64,000 nt of DNA from Raja brachyura (GCA_963514005.1 OY740782.1:67828001-67892000); one strand, 5' to 3'; positions 12,411 through 26,809 are shown, counted from the first letter of the stretch. Made by a program: numbers and translations. The notes: generated by a model not told the origin, from the sequence alone.

Positions 12411-13891
12411 ATGGAAGTGATAAAATTAGAAATGGTCTGTTCTACCCATCACTCTCACCTTGTTTATTATCCTCTTCCTGCACATCCTTTCTTTCAGACT
12501 TATTTGTCAAACCTTTCTTATCCCACATCGATCCTTCCACACGCTGACCTACGGCTCTGGTTTCCACCGCTCTGTCATTCTAAATACTCCTGAGTAGATC
12601 GAGCAATTGCAAACCGAATAGAGAACAAACGCATTTGGGGATTGAGAGCGTAATGGAGGTTAACACCTTGCCTTTCATGCACAAGATCAACCCAATTGCG
12701 AGTCTAACTCTTGCCCTTCAGATTGACTTTGACCAACATTATTATCCCCAACCTGGTGTATGCATTACCGGCATGCAAGCTTGACTTCTCTCATACAAAG
12801 ACTGATCCTCACACCAACCAGTTGAGAGCCAAACCCCACTGGCTGAAGAGAGTCCAACTCTCCCCAGTCCCACCTAAATCCCAACTGTTGAGTGTTCTCT
12901 TCTATTATACAAGCCTGATTCCTTCAAGAATCACTGTACTCCCCTCACCTTGATCATGAGTCATGGACTCAATGGAAAGTAAATCCTCAGTCTGTGGGAC
13001 ACACACTCATTCGCCCTTAAGAACCCCATCTCGGCTGAGCCTTGTATTTCAACCTTGATCACAAACCCAATCCTGACCCTCCTGAGCTGATTGCAAAGTT
13101 GATCCTTGTTCTCCCAAACTAATCATGAACATGACTTTAATGTTCCCAGAAATTAATCATTGCCTCTATCTTCCCCTCCCTCCACCCCCAATAGACAGAC
13201 GCACCTTTTTCCTAACCCGACTGCAGGTCTGAACTGTGCCCTCAGCGGGGTTTGAGAGACTACCAGTTGCACCCAACCAATGGAGAGTCGATCTTTACTA
13301 TTGGACTGAAAAAACAACCTTTTGTACCCAAAGTATGAACTCAACTATAAATCTAACCTAAGTTGCAAGACTAACTTTCAACGCCTTAGCAAGTGTGAGC
13401 TAACTCTTGCATCCACAGGTGCAAGCCTGATTCTCACCTCCCCAACCCACTTCAGTGCCTACCCCTTGACCCCAGCCAAATTGCAAGACAGATTCTTACA
13501 TTCCATTGTAGACCCCAACATGCACACCACCTCCTCCTTGAGAAAAGATTCTGCAAATACCCTTTTTTAATTTGTTGGGCAAAAGATCATGGAAAGCCAA
13601 AATCTGGCCAATGCAAAAAAGAACTAAACATTCTCCAGTAAAGAGGCATGGTTCAATGCAACTGCTGCTAGCAGACAGGTTCATGCTGTCTGATTAAAGT
13701 GGAGATTTTCTGATCTTCAGTGTATCAGTATAGCAACTTGCCAGCCCTCTTTGCAGCCCTGTATCATGGAACAGAATGGGATTGGAGAGGCACCAAGATA
13801 TTCAAAAATGGCACTGAAAGAATGATATGTATTGTTGGATTATTCAATGGTTGAAAATGGACTGTAATGCTAAAATTGTATTGTCACACAG

Positions 13892-14005
13892 AAAAATAAA
13901 AGAACACTGGATACAGCCGCAGCTGAAGGAGAGGACTCTGCAATGAATTATGACGTTGTCCCTGAAGAAATGTCTGAGGTTGTGGAATTGGATGAAGATG
14001 AGTGA
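13892..14005 (+). CDS. ANKH: ANKH terminal coding exon
   Basis: Acceptor cacag at 13887-13891, phase 0. Reads KNKRTLDTAAAEGEDSAMNYDVVPEEMSEVVELDEDE-TGA, matching the ANKH C-terminus (EGEDSAM motif, acidic tail). Not in the ORF track. Confidence 0.94.
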   Translation, partial: KNKRTLDTAAAEGEDSAMNYDVVPEEMSEVVELDEDE

Positions 14006-17000
14006 GCTGGATTTACACACTGTGGCAATCACTCTGGTACTACATTATGCCCTCCATTTCTTCTCCCTCTTCCATTTTATTTTTCTAGAAGTGTCTATTG
14101 CCAAAGACAACTTCTAATTGTACTGCAGTATTGTTTGAACTATCGGACAAGTGCAGGCAAGGAAGGATCTCCTTATGTACAGTGCTGTTCCATTTCTGCT
14201 ATTACATGGAGGAAGAAAAACTAAAAGAAAACATCCAGAGTGTCTTCCACCTTTAGCTTGGCTGACACCTTGCCTCTCATGATATTAGCAACACATGTGC
14301 AACCAAAGCATCTTACATTTTTCTTTTGGTGGCTCTCCTGTTGTCCTGTTTTCCATATATCTTTGAAATGCAAATGGTATATATTTGGGAATGTAACTTT
14401 ATTTAATTACTTAAGTATTACTTCTTTAAAATGTTTGTTTGCAGTTAGATTTCTAGTGGCCCGTGGGATTTACTGCCATAATGCTTGCTGTTCAAGGTGG
14501 AGCTCAAGTCACCAAAACCACAAAGTACACAATTTAGAAAAAGGTTAAAACAGATCAAGATTATTTTTTTAATACCAAAAAGTGTTTGATAACAGAATTT
14601 GAGCATAATGATGTGCGTGGGATGGTGTTGCAAGTAAAATGCTAAATGTGGAGAAATTAATACTAACACAGACATTACTTGAATTTCATAAACTCGGAAT
14701 ATTAAAAAGGTACGACGTCAATACTTGAAAAATATATATTTTAAAGTTGTGTGAAATTTGACAACATCAAAGTACACAAGTTTGTTACACATATTTTAAT
14801 ATGTGAACTGATTCAAAGCATTGTATATTGTAAAGAGGGAATCATTAATTCATTACAGCTTATTAGATAGAGTTTTACATGTTGAAAAATAGCTATTTCT
14901 TACAAACATTGATGACACGTACATTGCAGCTGAGTGCTTGGTAGGGTTCTTTGGAAGAGTGTCACCAGCACAGACTGATGTCCAATAATGTGCAAATACC
15001 TTTTCACTGTTTAAGTGGCATTTCATTTTCTGCATGTACATTTGAAGTTAAAGGGACCTTGATTTAAATATACTCATCTGTATACTAGTTTGATAAGCCA
15101 TTTGAAAAGTTATTACATTTCTTCAGATAATAGACCTTTGTTCTAAATCATTAAGTTCATTCTGCCGGTCATTATTTTAATCCAATTGTTACTTTGCTTC
15201 AGTGAAAAATATAACAAAAGGTTATAAGGATGAAAATCGCTTATTATTGAACCTATTGAACAAGTGACAACCTTTAATTTATCTTTGAAGGAAATATCTT
15301 TGAGTGCCATAATGGCTGGCTCTCAGGGACAAGGTTAACAGAGTAATACACTGTTAGGACAGAAGAGAGGAGCTTTGCTTTTCATTTAACACTCCCGCAC
15401 ATGGCCACAAAGTGCCCTATGATGTGATTGGGTGTGGAAATTCCAAAATATCAGCAGATTTGCTTAAGAGGAAAAAAAAAATCACAGCACCCTTTAGTAA
15501 ATCAATGCTTTTTGTGAGTGTGTGCAATAGGCACCTACAGGCAAAATATGTAGTAATACCCAAAATATTTGGTAAGCAGTTCACCCATTACTGAAAGGCA
15601 CAAAATGGCTTGGCAAGAGCAGTGTTTTTAGTCAGGGAAATAAAAGCCTTTTTTTTTAAAATTAGTGCATCATGTGATCATTGCTAAACGGAGTGTTTCA
15701 AACACTTATGGTCACAATATTCTTCTATTTAACTTGAAGAGGCCCCTGACAATATTAATTGAAATTATCTTGACGTGTTTCTCAGCATTACTGTTACTAA
15801 ATAGTTAGATTAGCTTTTGTGTAAAAATTATGAATGTTGTGTAAATGAGTGAAAACCTGTTCTCTTTAATAGCCAACCTAGTTCTACAACATGCTTTACA
15901 TTTCTCCAAGCAGTGAAATGTTCCAAAGTTTTCATTAATTTAAGGTACCAATATGCCCAGTTTGACATATGTGTCATTTTAATATACCAAATATATTGTT
16001 ATTTCCTTCTATATATAATGTGTATTTTCCACAGTATTAATTTGATTTGAATCCATTATTTTGGGCTTATGATCTTGTGCTTTTTCAGTTGACTATTCAA
16101 TTAAAAAAAATCATGTTGATCACTTTTGCATAGTGCCATATGAAACAGTTTGACGTTTTATAAAATAAGATTCAAGGTTTAAATTTCAGTTACACTACGC
16201 AGCAGAATAGGGCAATAAAAAACACAACATAACAAGGTCATCACACACATTGCTCAACTTGGAGATTTTTCCAAATAATATGTTAATTATTTGGGAAATA
16301 AACAGTAAGGAGCGACACCTATAATGAAGAGATTTATTCCCGATGTAAGTAGATCAATTCAAAGTGATTATTAAAATGATTAATGTCATAATATTAAGTA
16401 CAATTATTTACAAAATTAACAGCACCACGTGCAAAAATGGTAATTGCTTCAACTCATTTTGTTCTGTTCAACATTGTAATAGCATCTACCTTAGCCAATG
16501 ATTAACTGCATGGAAAGTTTTCCTATTCTTTTCTCAGAGGACTTTCTGCAGCCCTTTCCAGCAGATAATTTCATACAAATTGTGGTGATAACCTTGAACT
16601 GAAAATACAGATTACAAGATGCCGAGTACAATGTTTCTGTGTTATCTCATCTTTACAAATTGCCTGCACCATTTATTTTTCACTTTTTCATCTCCTGATA
16701 ACTAAACAGCAACTAAATTCAACCAGTATATTCACAGCCATGTATTAATAATATTGACAAATAGTCTATGGAAAGATGCATGTAATTTTATGTTTAAGGT
16801 TAGAGAAATATCAGTCGAACTTTTTTCACTCAAAGTGTCAAATAACTAATCAATATATTTTATTTTACTTAAAGCTACCACCTTTCATATATTTAACACA
16901 GTCATGCTGGTTATCAATGCCTTCTCATGGTACACACTATCATTTGAGCAATGTGTTGGTTTTCATGTTTTGACTAACTTGTTGCTCAGACAGTTATAAA

Positions 17001-17429
17001 TCCAATATAAAGCCCTTATACCATCACATTCTGTACATCCCTTCAGGGGCATTATTTTAACAATCTGTTTGTTGACATTGCAGCCAAGATCTCACCCATT
17101 CCCTTAAATTGATATTCTTGAATCAACTGATTTAAATACCTTTTAAAAAGGTCAGAAGCTCACACCATGGATCAAAAGATAAAGTCAAGAATTGCACAGC
17201 CAAATGTGTTTTAAGTTAGGTATTATCAAAAATTTATTTGGATGCAATATCCTGTAAATGGATTCCACATATCAGGCATGCTACGGCAATCTAAAATAGC
17301 CTAATGGGACATCAAAACAAACCATTTTCTCAAGTTTCTCAGGTAAGGTTTGCTGTTAGAAAATAATGCTGTATTTCAAAAACATCAAAAGCAACTCAAT
17401 ATGTAAGCCTTGACCAATGGTATTAAGCG

Positions 17430-17657
17430 ATTCAGTGTGGAAACAGGCCCTTTGGCTCAACTTGCCCACACCGGCCAACATGTCCCAGTTACACTAGTCC
17501 CACCTGCCTGCTTTTGGTCCGTATCCCTCCAAACCTGTCTGATCCATGTAACTGTCTAACTGTTTCTTAAATGTTGGGATAGTCCCCGACTCAACTACCT
17601 CCTCTGGCTGTTTGTTTCATACACTCACCACCCTTTGTGTGAAGAAGTTACCCCTCG
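17430..17657 (-). mobile_element. CR1 3' fragment
   Basis: Similar to other CR1 3' ends in the window. Confidence 0.7.
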
Positions 17658-18392
17658 GTAACATAGGCACATCGACACTGCTCATCTCCTGCACTTTACC
17701 AGCAACATGTTCCCCATCTCTTGGTGCACCCTAATCAAAATCCTCATCCATGCCTGGACGGAATGAATGTGCAGAATGACCTATCCTAGAGCGAGTCCCA
17801 GCACCAGATTCGCAATGCCTCAAGCAGGACTGCAGCTGTCTGCACTTTGAGTATTTCCCTGCCATGTGCCCTCCCAAACCCATTTGCTCAGCTCTCACAG
17901 TGCCAATCTCTAAGGATGTTCAATGTCATGTCAGAAATAATGACACACTTCATTGTCATCTTCCTCCTTTTACTCCACTCTTCCCTCCTGTATCTTTGGT
18001 TCTTCATGTTGTAGCGAGGACAAAAATAAGGGGCATCTCTTTGCAGCCTGGGAAAGCAAACCAGAAGAGAACTGTAGGCTGCTCCCAGAACATACTTTAA
18101 AGTGATGAAATGGGTCATTACCAGCTTGCATGGTAATAACATATGTGGTTATCGATATTTGATTGTGCACACCAGGTTGAATGTATTCGTTGAAACAGGG
18201 GGGACCAGGTGAAGGTTGCAATCTCCCACCCCACCAATTACAATGAAACGTGCTGAAGAGTACACTTGGAAGATTTTACATAACTTTGAGTCCTGATACG
18301 GTAATCTTACTCCTTGCTGTTTTAGCCTAAATTGAAATGAAAAACATCATTTTCATTTCACCTTTTCATTATCCACATTTCAGGGCTTTAGC

Positions 18393-19423
18393 TAGGTATG
18401 TTACAAAACTTACCTTCAGCGGCGCTGCAGTTCTGTCACTGGCCGTGTGCGCGACTTTGGCGCCTTTGAGGGGGGCGGGGTTAAAATGCGGGTTTCCCTT
18501 GCCATCCGGAATTATATTTTCTCGGATTGCGAGCTTTTGCTAAAGATTCACTCCGACTGCCGGTAAGTGAATTTTTCAAAAAAATTTTTTTAAATCGCCC
18601 GACTATTTCAGCGTTGCAGTAAAATAAAAATTAGCTCCTAATGCCGTGAACGCCGACAACAGGGACGGATTTTACGTAGGGGACAAGTAAATGAAAGCTG
18701 TTCATTTTTTCATATAAACTTGCTTGTTTAGATTACCTTAATCAACATTTCATGTTGCGAAACGATGATTTATTCCCCATATGAACCGGCAGTATTTTTC
18801 CTGCCGATATTGGGTTTAAATTCACCGCAACCAATCCATCGCTTTCCAGAAAATCCCACTCGCAAGTTGATTTAAATGGCCATTAATTTACGGGCATTAA
18901 ACATTAAATTCTTTCATTTTGGCCTATAAATTAATGACAATGAGATTTAAAAATCATGTTATATTGTGAATTCTTGTGTGAATGTTATTTGGACACTTAG
19001 GCGTTTAAAAAAACGTTAATATTTTCTTAAGAAATGGATAGATGTTTAGATCTAGTAATTGAATTTTGTAATTAGATATAATTGGGTAACTAATTATATG
19101 CTTTAATTTCAGGTCATCCAAGTAAGATTGAAGCATTCTGAAATATGAAACAATCAATAATAACTGAAAATTTCTTTCAGTTCTCTTAATTTTTAAGAAA
19201 GTTATGGGCTTTTGACTGTCCTCGATCACAACTTTTGTGTTTAGTCAATGGAAAAGCAATAGGGAATAAGATGCTAATTTCCGAGTATGAAAATGGCCAT
19301 ATCTTTTTTTAATACTGCAGATATGAACGTGAATTAAGTGTCAAATTAAACTTTTTATGCTTTATCTGATGAGATAAATTGCAGACTTGATTTTTAAAAT
19401 CTCAAAATTTTGTAACATTGCTA
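18393..19423 (-). mobile_element. Same TAG...CTA family, copy B, inverted relative to copy A
   Basis: Reverse-complement similarity to 11356-12378 along its length; TSD CTTTAGC / CTTTACC. Confidence 0.88.
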
Positions 19424-20002
19424 CTTTACCCGAGTAGGAGGTTGCTGGAACTAAATGTGGACAGAGGGATATGATTTGTGGGAGGTCGGGTGCACGTATC
19501 AATCTTTACAAACATAGAAAAGTAGATAACAATAGGTTTACTTGTCTGTGACTCTCATCTCGACAGGGCATGAAACCTCTGGCAACATAGCTCCACTCCT
19601 TTGAGGCCATTCTTGTGAAGGCCTTGTTGTGTCTTCAGCACTCCCAGCTGAGCAGAGCTTCTCATTGATATCGGGCCACAATGGGGATGCACCTTTAAGG
19701 GATGACACCTGCCTGAGACCTGCACAGCAAAGAAGCTGCGGGCACACTTGTAATGGATCCTCCCAAAAGTAGTGGCATTGCCTTCCAGTGCTTCTCTGGA
19801 TGGAAAAGCTACGCAATCCTGATGGACTTTTGTTTTTGCACCTCCAAAAAATTTTGAAATTGATGGAGCAATGATATTTTAGCATACCAAAAAGGTTAAA
19901 TATAATTTTTAGGCAGACTGCCAAGTCCCTCATTCAATAAAGTTCTCAGAAGTTTGGAAATTAAATCATTATACATCTCAACACTTACATGTATAATAAA
20001 TG

Positions 20003-20008
20003 TTTATT
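20003..20008 (-). terminator. Candidate OTULIN polyadenylation signal
   Basis: AATAAA on the - strand about 250 nt after the stop, followed by GT-rich sequence. Other candidate signals exist. Confidence 0.3.
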
Positions 20009-20257
20009 TATATCATTTCCAAGTATTATTTATGAAGACAGTTTCTGTGTACAAAGGAACAATCTTACAAAGTATTAATGGAACAGCAGATTTGTTCTTC
20101 TTGCTTAGATATCATATACTCAACCTTTTATTTTAACCTGAGCATTTTTTAAGATTCGTCATGCATCTCAGCTGCAACTCTTTTCCAAAAAAGCCAAAAT
20201 GGATTTTTAAAATTCCAGATATATATTGCCAATTACATCCATCCCATCAAATTCACC

Positions 20258-20452
20258 TTATAAAATAGTCACTTGGTGGTCTTTCATTGGTACATTATAA
20301 TGTCTGTCATCCTCTGTTATTAGGGTAACCATGGGCCAATCATCCTTGTGATCATCAGGATAATAGGTGATAAACTCATCAGTTCCAAATTTGTAGAGCC
20401 TGAATACTCGAATAGTCACTTGCAAGGAGTATCCCAGAAGAAACATTTCCAC
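20258..20452 (-). CDS. OTULIN: OTULIN terminal coding exon with catalytic His/Asn
   Basis: aacag|GTG GAA ATG. Reads [10 protein letters not shown]...[30 protein letters not shown] corresponds to human H339/N341; C-terminal T-I-L fits a class I PDZ ligand like human ETSL. Confidence 0.95.
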   Translation of the reverse strand: MEMFLLGYSLQVTIRVFRLYKFGTDEFITYYPDDHKDDWPMVTLITEDDRHYNVPMKDHQVTIL

Positions 20453-21203
20453 CTGTTATGTTTGAGAAAGAGAGAATATATCAGTTTGATAACAGTTATT
20501 GCACATAAGTTTTATTGTTGCAGAAGGGGTAACTATCAATTAATACAATCAATAACTCAAGTTAAATTTCAAACTGATTATAAAGGTACTCATTATTAAT
20601 ACAACCAAGGCATATTGCCAGTTTATTTTTAACTATTAATTTGCTCGTGGGACACATTATACCAACAAAATAAATGAAAACCCTGAACTGGTATTTCAAG
20701 GTAACTTACAATATTACATCCATTACTGTTTCTGTGCACACCAACAGCGAAGGCATAAACTCACAAAAATAAATGAGATAAAGGAATTGATAAAAGCACA
20801 GTAAATACTGATGTAGTCACATGTATAAATCTATATACTAACATGCCACGTTGTTCCTGATAAAACTATAATTGAAACTTACAAGGATAAAATGGAAGTG
20901 TATATTGATTTTCAGGATCTGGGCATCATTGACAGCCCTGCATTTAGTGCCTATCCTTAATTACTCTTCAGAGCATAGAGTTGAGCCACGTTCTTGAACT
21001 GTTAAGTTATTACCGTGAAGCTATTGCCAGTGCTTTCGAGCAGGAGTTTCCAGAATTTAGACCCACTAATAATGAACTACCAACAATATATTTCCAAATT
21101 GGAATAGTATCCAACTTGAGAGTAGAACATGCATGTGGTGTTCCAATATGCTGTCCCTCTCCTTGGAGATGTATCCTTGGCAGTACTGGTTCTTTTTGTA
21201 GAC

Positions 21204-24200
21204 AATAGAAAGATTAAACGAGAACTTATCTGTTCGAAGTTTGATCTTTATTTTATGAGAAGTTACGATGAGGGATTACGTGAAGAAGCCCCGCCTGGCG
21301 CTGGATCGGCATACTTCAAAGCAACGGCATGAAAAACCCAGAACCAATCGCCGGAGTAAGATAGTAAGGCCCAACATAGACTAGAACTACCAATGATCAT
21401 TTATATTATGAGGGTTGGGAGCGGAGGGCATGTAATCCCTCATCGTAACTCCTCATAAAATAAAGATCAAACTTCGAACAGGTAAGTTCTCATTTAATCT
21501 TACTATTTTACTTCGGAGTCACGTGAGTGACTACGTGAAGATATTAAAGCTCTGTTTTTTATGTCGTAGATTCATTCCATACGACTCTGTTTAGTCAAAA
21601 CAGTAGTGAGTAAATAGTATTTTAAGACATTGTTACAATTTATGTAATAAGTCCTTTAAAAAAGAACAATTTAAAAAATAATAATAACCCCTCTATCGTA
21701 GGGGAAAATTACAAAAGAAAAATGATAAATGATGTCAATGGTAACATAAATCGATAATATAAATCGAAGCAAGCATTTAAAGGGAACCCAGTACTGAGTG
21801 GCCAAATCCTGGCACCGTGACAACAGGTTTATTGTAGAACTTTGAAAACGTTTCTTCTCTACACCACCCTGCAGCCTCTAAAAATTTGATCGAGTGGTAC
21901 GTCCTGTACCTTCGCCGCGGACGTAGCTGCCGCCCTAGTGGAGTGAGATTTAAACACATCAGTGTCTATTCCTGCTAGACTTAAAACCTGTTTTAACCAT
22001 CTGGAAATGGTTTGAACTGAAATTTTGTATGTGGTTTTTTGTGCGTTATCAATAACGCTTCCTCAGAACCTCTGAGAGTTTTGGTTACCTCAATGTATTG
22101 AGTTAAATGCTTACTACACACAATGTTTCATCGATAGGATATGCTTTAAACATTATCTTAGCTCCAGTTCTCCCTGGTCTGCTTTGTTTGATCAGGTCAT
22201 AAACATAAAACACAATGTTATCTGCAGTCACATACATGCAATCCAACCGTAACAATTGTAAAGTTTGTACTCTTTGAGCTGCCATTAATACCAATGGCAT
22301 TAATACCAATGCCATTAACATTACTACCTTCAATGTTAACGTCTGCAAAGACATTGAAGTAATTGGAGTCCATTGCTTAAGCAAAGTGAGAACAATGCTA
22401 ACATCCCAAAATTCTGTATATCTGGGCTTGGGAGGATTTTATTAAAAATTCCTTTCATGAATCGGGACACTAATGGGTGAGACCCAAATGAATCCCGATC
22501 AGAAATTTGTGCTTAGTAGGACGACAATGCACTACGAGCACAATTAATGGCACTATCAAATGTTCATCAAAATGTAACCCAGCAAGGAACTCCAATACAT
22601 TTGAAATGTTTGCAGTATGATAAGATATATTTGACTGTGTACAAAAACTTCACATTTCCTTATATGTGACATATATTGTTTTTTAGTGTTATTCCTCCAA
22701 GCTGCATCTATAACATCCACGGTCCTGTCAGACAGTTCAAACTCTTGCAATGGTCTGGTCAGAACCTGCAGATTAACAAATTCATATGATCATGCAATGG
22801 ATGAATTTCTTTTGTTACTGGTTGTGTCAACAGATTGTCGCAACTGGGAATTGTCATACATGGTTCAATAATCATTTTTAGCATCAATGGGAACCATGAC
22901 TGCGTAGGCCAATTTGGCACCACCAAAATGCCTTTGGCAGCGTCTTGCGCTATTTTCTTGAGACATTGCCCAATCAGAGAGAATGGGGGAAAAACATAAA
23001 AGAATGTATTCCCCTAGTGTAGCGAGAAAGCATCCACCGCTACTGCCCCTGGATCGTGTTCCCAAGACACGTATTTGGGCAATTGGTGATTCAATCTAGA
23101 TGCAAACAGATCAATGTCAGGCACTCTATACCGACTGACTATATTTTTGAAAATTTGTGGATTAACATCCATTCTGTATTGTCTTTAAATATTCATGATC
23201 TTTTGTCTGCCACAGCATTGTCTCTCCCTGGGAGATAAATAGCTGACAGCCAAATATTTTTACCAATACACCATTGCCACATCAGATTTACCAGATGGTC
23301 ACATGATATTGATCTTACACCACCCATGTGATTGATATAAGCCACAGCTGTGGTATTGTCTATTTGTATTTGGACATGCAAATCCTTTAAAGTAGAACAA
23401 TAAGCTTTCAATCCATAAAATGTTCCCAGTAGCTCCAAATAATTAATACCATATGTTTGGAGCAATAAATCCTCTTGGATAGTCCATCTGCCCCCACAGC
23501 TGGTCTCATTATCCGTAGCCCCCCATCCGAGAGAACTTGCGTCAGTTTGCAAAAGCACTACTGGCTGCTGAACTAAAATGTTCTTAGCAGCTTGTGGAAC
23601 ATTCTCAATCCACCAATGCAATTCTGATAAGGCTTCCTTTGGCAATTGCATAGACCTATCAAAATGGCCTGCTCACTGTACAAGCGCTTGAGTTTTTGCC
23701 CTTTGATATTTTGGTAATGTAGTGAACCAAATTCTACTGCTGTAAATGCTGCTACCAACTTCCCAATAACCTTAGCAACTTCTCGGATGGAGGGATAAGG
23801 TTTGTTAATCAGGCTCTGACACAAATTTGTCAAATCAATCACCTTTTCCATTGGTAAAGTTACCAACATGGTAACTGAATTAATCACAAACCCCAGATAT
23901 TCAATGGTTTGGGATGGCTGTAACTTAGATTTTGTTGGATGAATCAGGAACCCCAGCTTTTCAACCAAGCTTGTAGTTGCTGAGACTGATTTTTCAGCTG
24001 ACTCCTGATTAGCATTGACAATTAAATGTCATCTAGATAAGCCATAACGATGTGTTTTTGTGCCCTTAGCAGTGCAATTGCTGGCTTCAACATTTTAGTG
24101 AACAATCTAGGTGCTGAGCTTAATCCATTATGTAACGCTTTGTATTGCCACAGCTGTCCCATCTATTTAAACTTTAAATACCTGCGAACGCGCTGATGAA

Positions 24201-25234
24201 TTGGAACTGAATAATATGCATCTTATCCTTCCAGCTTGTCTTCCAAAAGACAGTGATGCCAAAATTAGCTTGAGGATTCTTTGAATCGTAATTCCTGCAC
24301 CCGCATCATTGATGACATTGGCGCCCAAATAGCCGGATTCACCATAGGTACCTTCAGTGAGGTACAATTAATAGGTGTTTTAATCCAAATCTGCTGTCTC
24401 AACCATAACAGCTTCTTGAGGCAGGTGAGAGACCAAATAATTAATATTGGCCGCCAGGTTTCCTTCCATGGCCTCACCGCCTCCTCCAGGTGTAGCAAAC
24501 TTTGTGCCACATCAGACACACCTGGATCAACATATTTGTATTGTGGTGGGTACTTCTGACCGCAAACACCACTTTCAGGGTCAGTCTCATACAGCCCTGG
24601 TACTCCTGAAACTTGTTCAAGGAGACTTCCTCCAGCCCAATCCCGGGCACTGGAGTTTCAATTCCCAATTCAAACTGGCACCATATTCATGATATGGAAC
24701 CCTCTCAGGAGCTGCCTGGGAATATTCTGGGTTCTTAGACCCTTGGTTGATTGTTGTTTGGAGTATTTTCTCCATTAGATCCATTCTTAGCCAAAAGGCT
24801 TTCCTTTCAGGACCTTACAGAAACCTCAGGCCTTTCAATCTTTTCTTTTACATTTTAGGCACTGGGTTTTCAAAGTTTTTGTTTGTGGAGCAACCAAAGG
24901 CTCACTAACGGGTATTTCAACGGCTACCGGAATCGGAACCGGCTCCGCAATAATCTTGTCCCGACTTTTCTACACCCCGGGACGCACGTTTTACCCGCGA
25001 TTTTTTTACATTTTTTATTTTAATTTAACTCCTCCTGGTTTACCCACCAGCCTACGGAGTTTTTAGAAAACGCCCTGGAAGTAAAATAATTTTACTTACC
25101 TGCGGGCCGTTTCCCTACCGCTGTGTTGGAGCTGCACTCTGCAGCTCTTCCTCTACTGACAGCGTCGACGCAATGCCGATCCAGCGCCAGGCAGGGCTTC
25201 TTCACGTAGTCACTCACGTGACTCCGAAGTAAAA
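21204..25234 (-). mobile_element. DIRS1-like retrotransposon copy 2 (both termini, ICR, degenerate gag, RT, RNase H, MT and YR)
   Basis: RT (YLDD, LGFLIHPTKS), RNase H (QTDASSLGWG, DNTTAVAYINHMGG), methyltransferase-like (DLFASRLN, FPPF) and tyrosine recombinase (AAGW..E.TFSKFYNKP) remnants. ICR 21432-21540 is complementary to both ends. Confidence 0.95.
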
Positions 25235-26809
25235 TACATATTGCAGCTACTGTTCACTAGTAGCAGAAAGAATGAAAGGTTAGGATAGTTCATGGGCTTA
25301 CCGCTCAAGTCGCTGTTTTATACCAGATGGTGTTAAGGTCTTGAGAATTGTTGGCACATCCAGGAAGTGGAGAAAATTCCATCACATTCATGATTCATGT
25401 ATTGTCAATGGTGGAAAACTCTTCTGCCTCTGGACTGTTCTCAGAGCCATGGTATTTATTTAGTTGGTACTATCGAGTTTCTAGCCAATGGTAACCCTCC
25501 AGGATATTGATATTGGTGAAATCAACATTGGTAATGTCATTGAATGCCAGGGTAGGTGGTTAGATTCTGATTTGTGGCCTTGACTCACATTATGTGAATG
25601 GGTCGCTGCATGCAAGCACAAGAATTTAAAAAGTGGGAACAGGAGTATGCCCTTTGAGCATATTCTGCCTTCCATCAGGATCATGGCTGATCTGCCACTG
25701 ATGTACCATTTCTAGCACCATCCCCACATCCTTCCATTGTCTTAATGCCCAGAAATCTATTAATCACTGATATGAATGAACGTAGTTGTTGAACTACCAC
25801 TGCTGTCCACGTTAAAGAATTACAAAAATTCAATACCATTCAAATGAAGACATTTCTCATCCTTTCCATCATAAATTGACTGACTATCCCTTATTCTCAG
25901 TCTGTGCCATAGCTTCTGGATACATCAGTAAGAAGAAACATTCTCCTGTACCTTGTCTGTCAAGCCCTTTAAGATTTGGTAAATTTTGAAGAGATCTCCT
26001 CTCGTCCTTCTAAGCTCCAGAATCTAATCAATCTCTCTTCATAGTACAAGCCCACCTTTTTGGACCGTCTACTGAATCTTTGTTTTACTCCTCTCTATGT
26101 CCTTTCTTAGGCAATAGGACTAAAACTCTACGTATCACCCAGGTGTTCTCTCGAAGATTTTTGGCTATTTCATTAAGACTTCATTACTCCTGACAAACCC
26201 TCTCATATTAAAGGCTGACATGCCATTTGCCCTGTTTTATATGCTAAATACTTGTGAACATAATTGAACACTGTGCATTCACTGGCATCTGAGTTTATGA
26301 TGATTGGGAAGGTGATTGCTGAAGCCGTTTGATGGTTTGACTGTGTGTATTGCCCTGTGGAACTTCTGCACTAATTTTTAAAACGTGCTGGAGGAACTCA
26401 GCGTGTCAGATAGCATCTGTGGAGGGAAATGGACAGAATGTTTTGGGTTGGGATATTTCTTCAGTCAGATGGAGTAGGAGGGAGAAACATAGTACAAAGG
26501 GTGTGCAAAGCCTGGAAGGTGGTGTGGATACAGATGTAGAAGGGTGGAGATAGTAACAAAGATTCAAGATGAAAAGGAGAAAATGTGTCAGAGAAGAAAG
26601 GAAAATAAGTGAAATGTAAATCTGAAGGGAAGGAAAAGGGTACCTACCTATTCTTCCATTGCACTTTTAGTCTTTGTCATCATTTCCACCCATCTGTAAA
26701 TTGCTCCTCCTCACATCTCCAACTATCACTTGTCACACTTAATTTGCTTTTTCAGCATTTTCTTCCCTATTCCATCAGTCTGAAGTCCCGACAAACTCCT
26801 GACATGACT

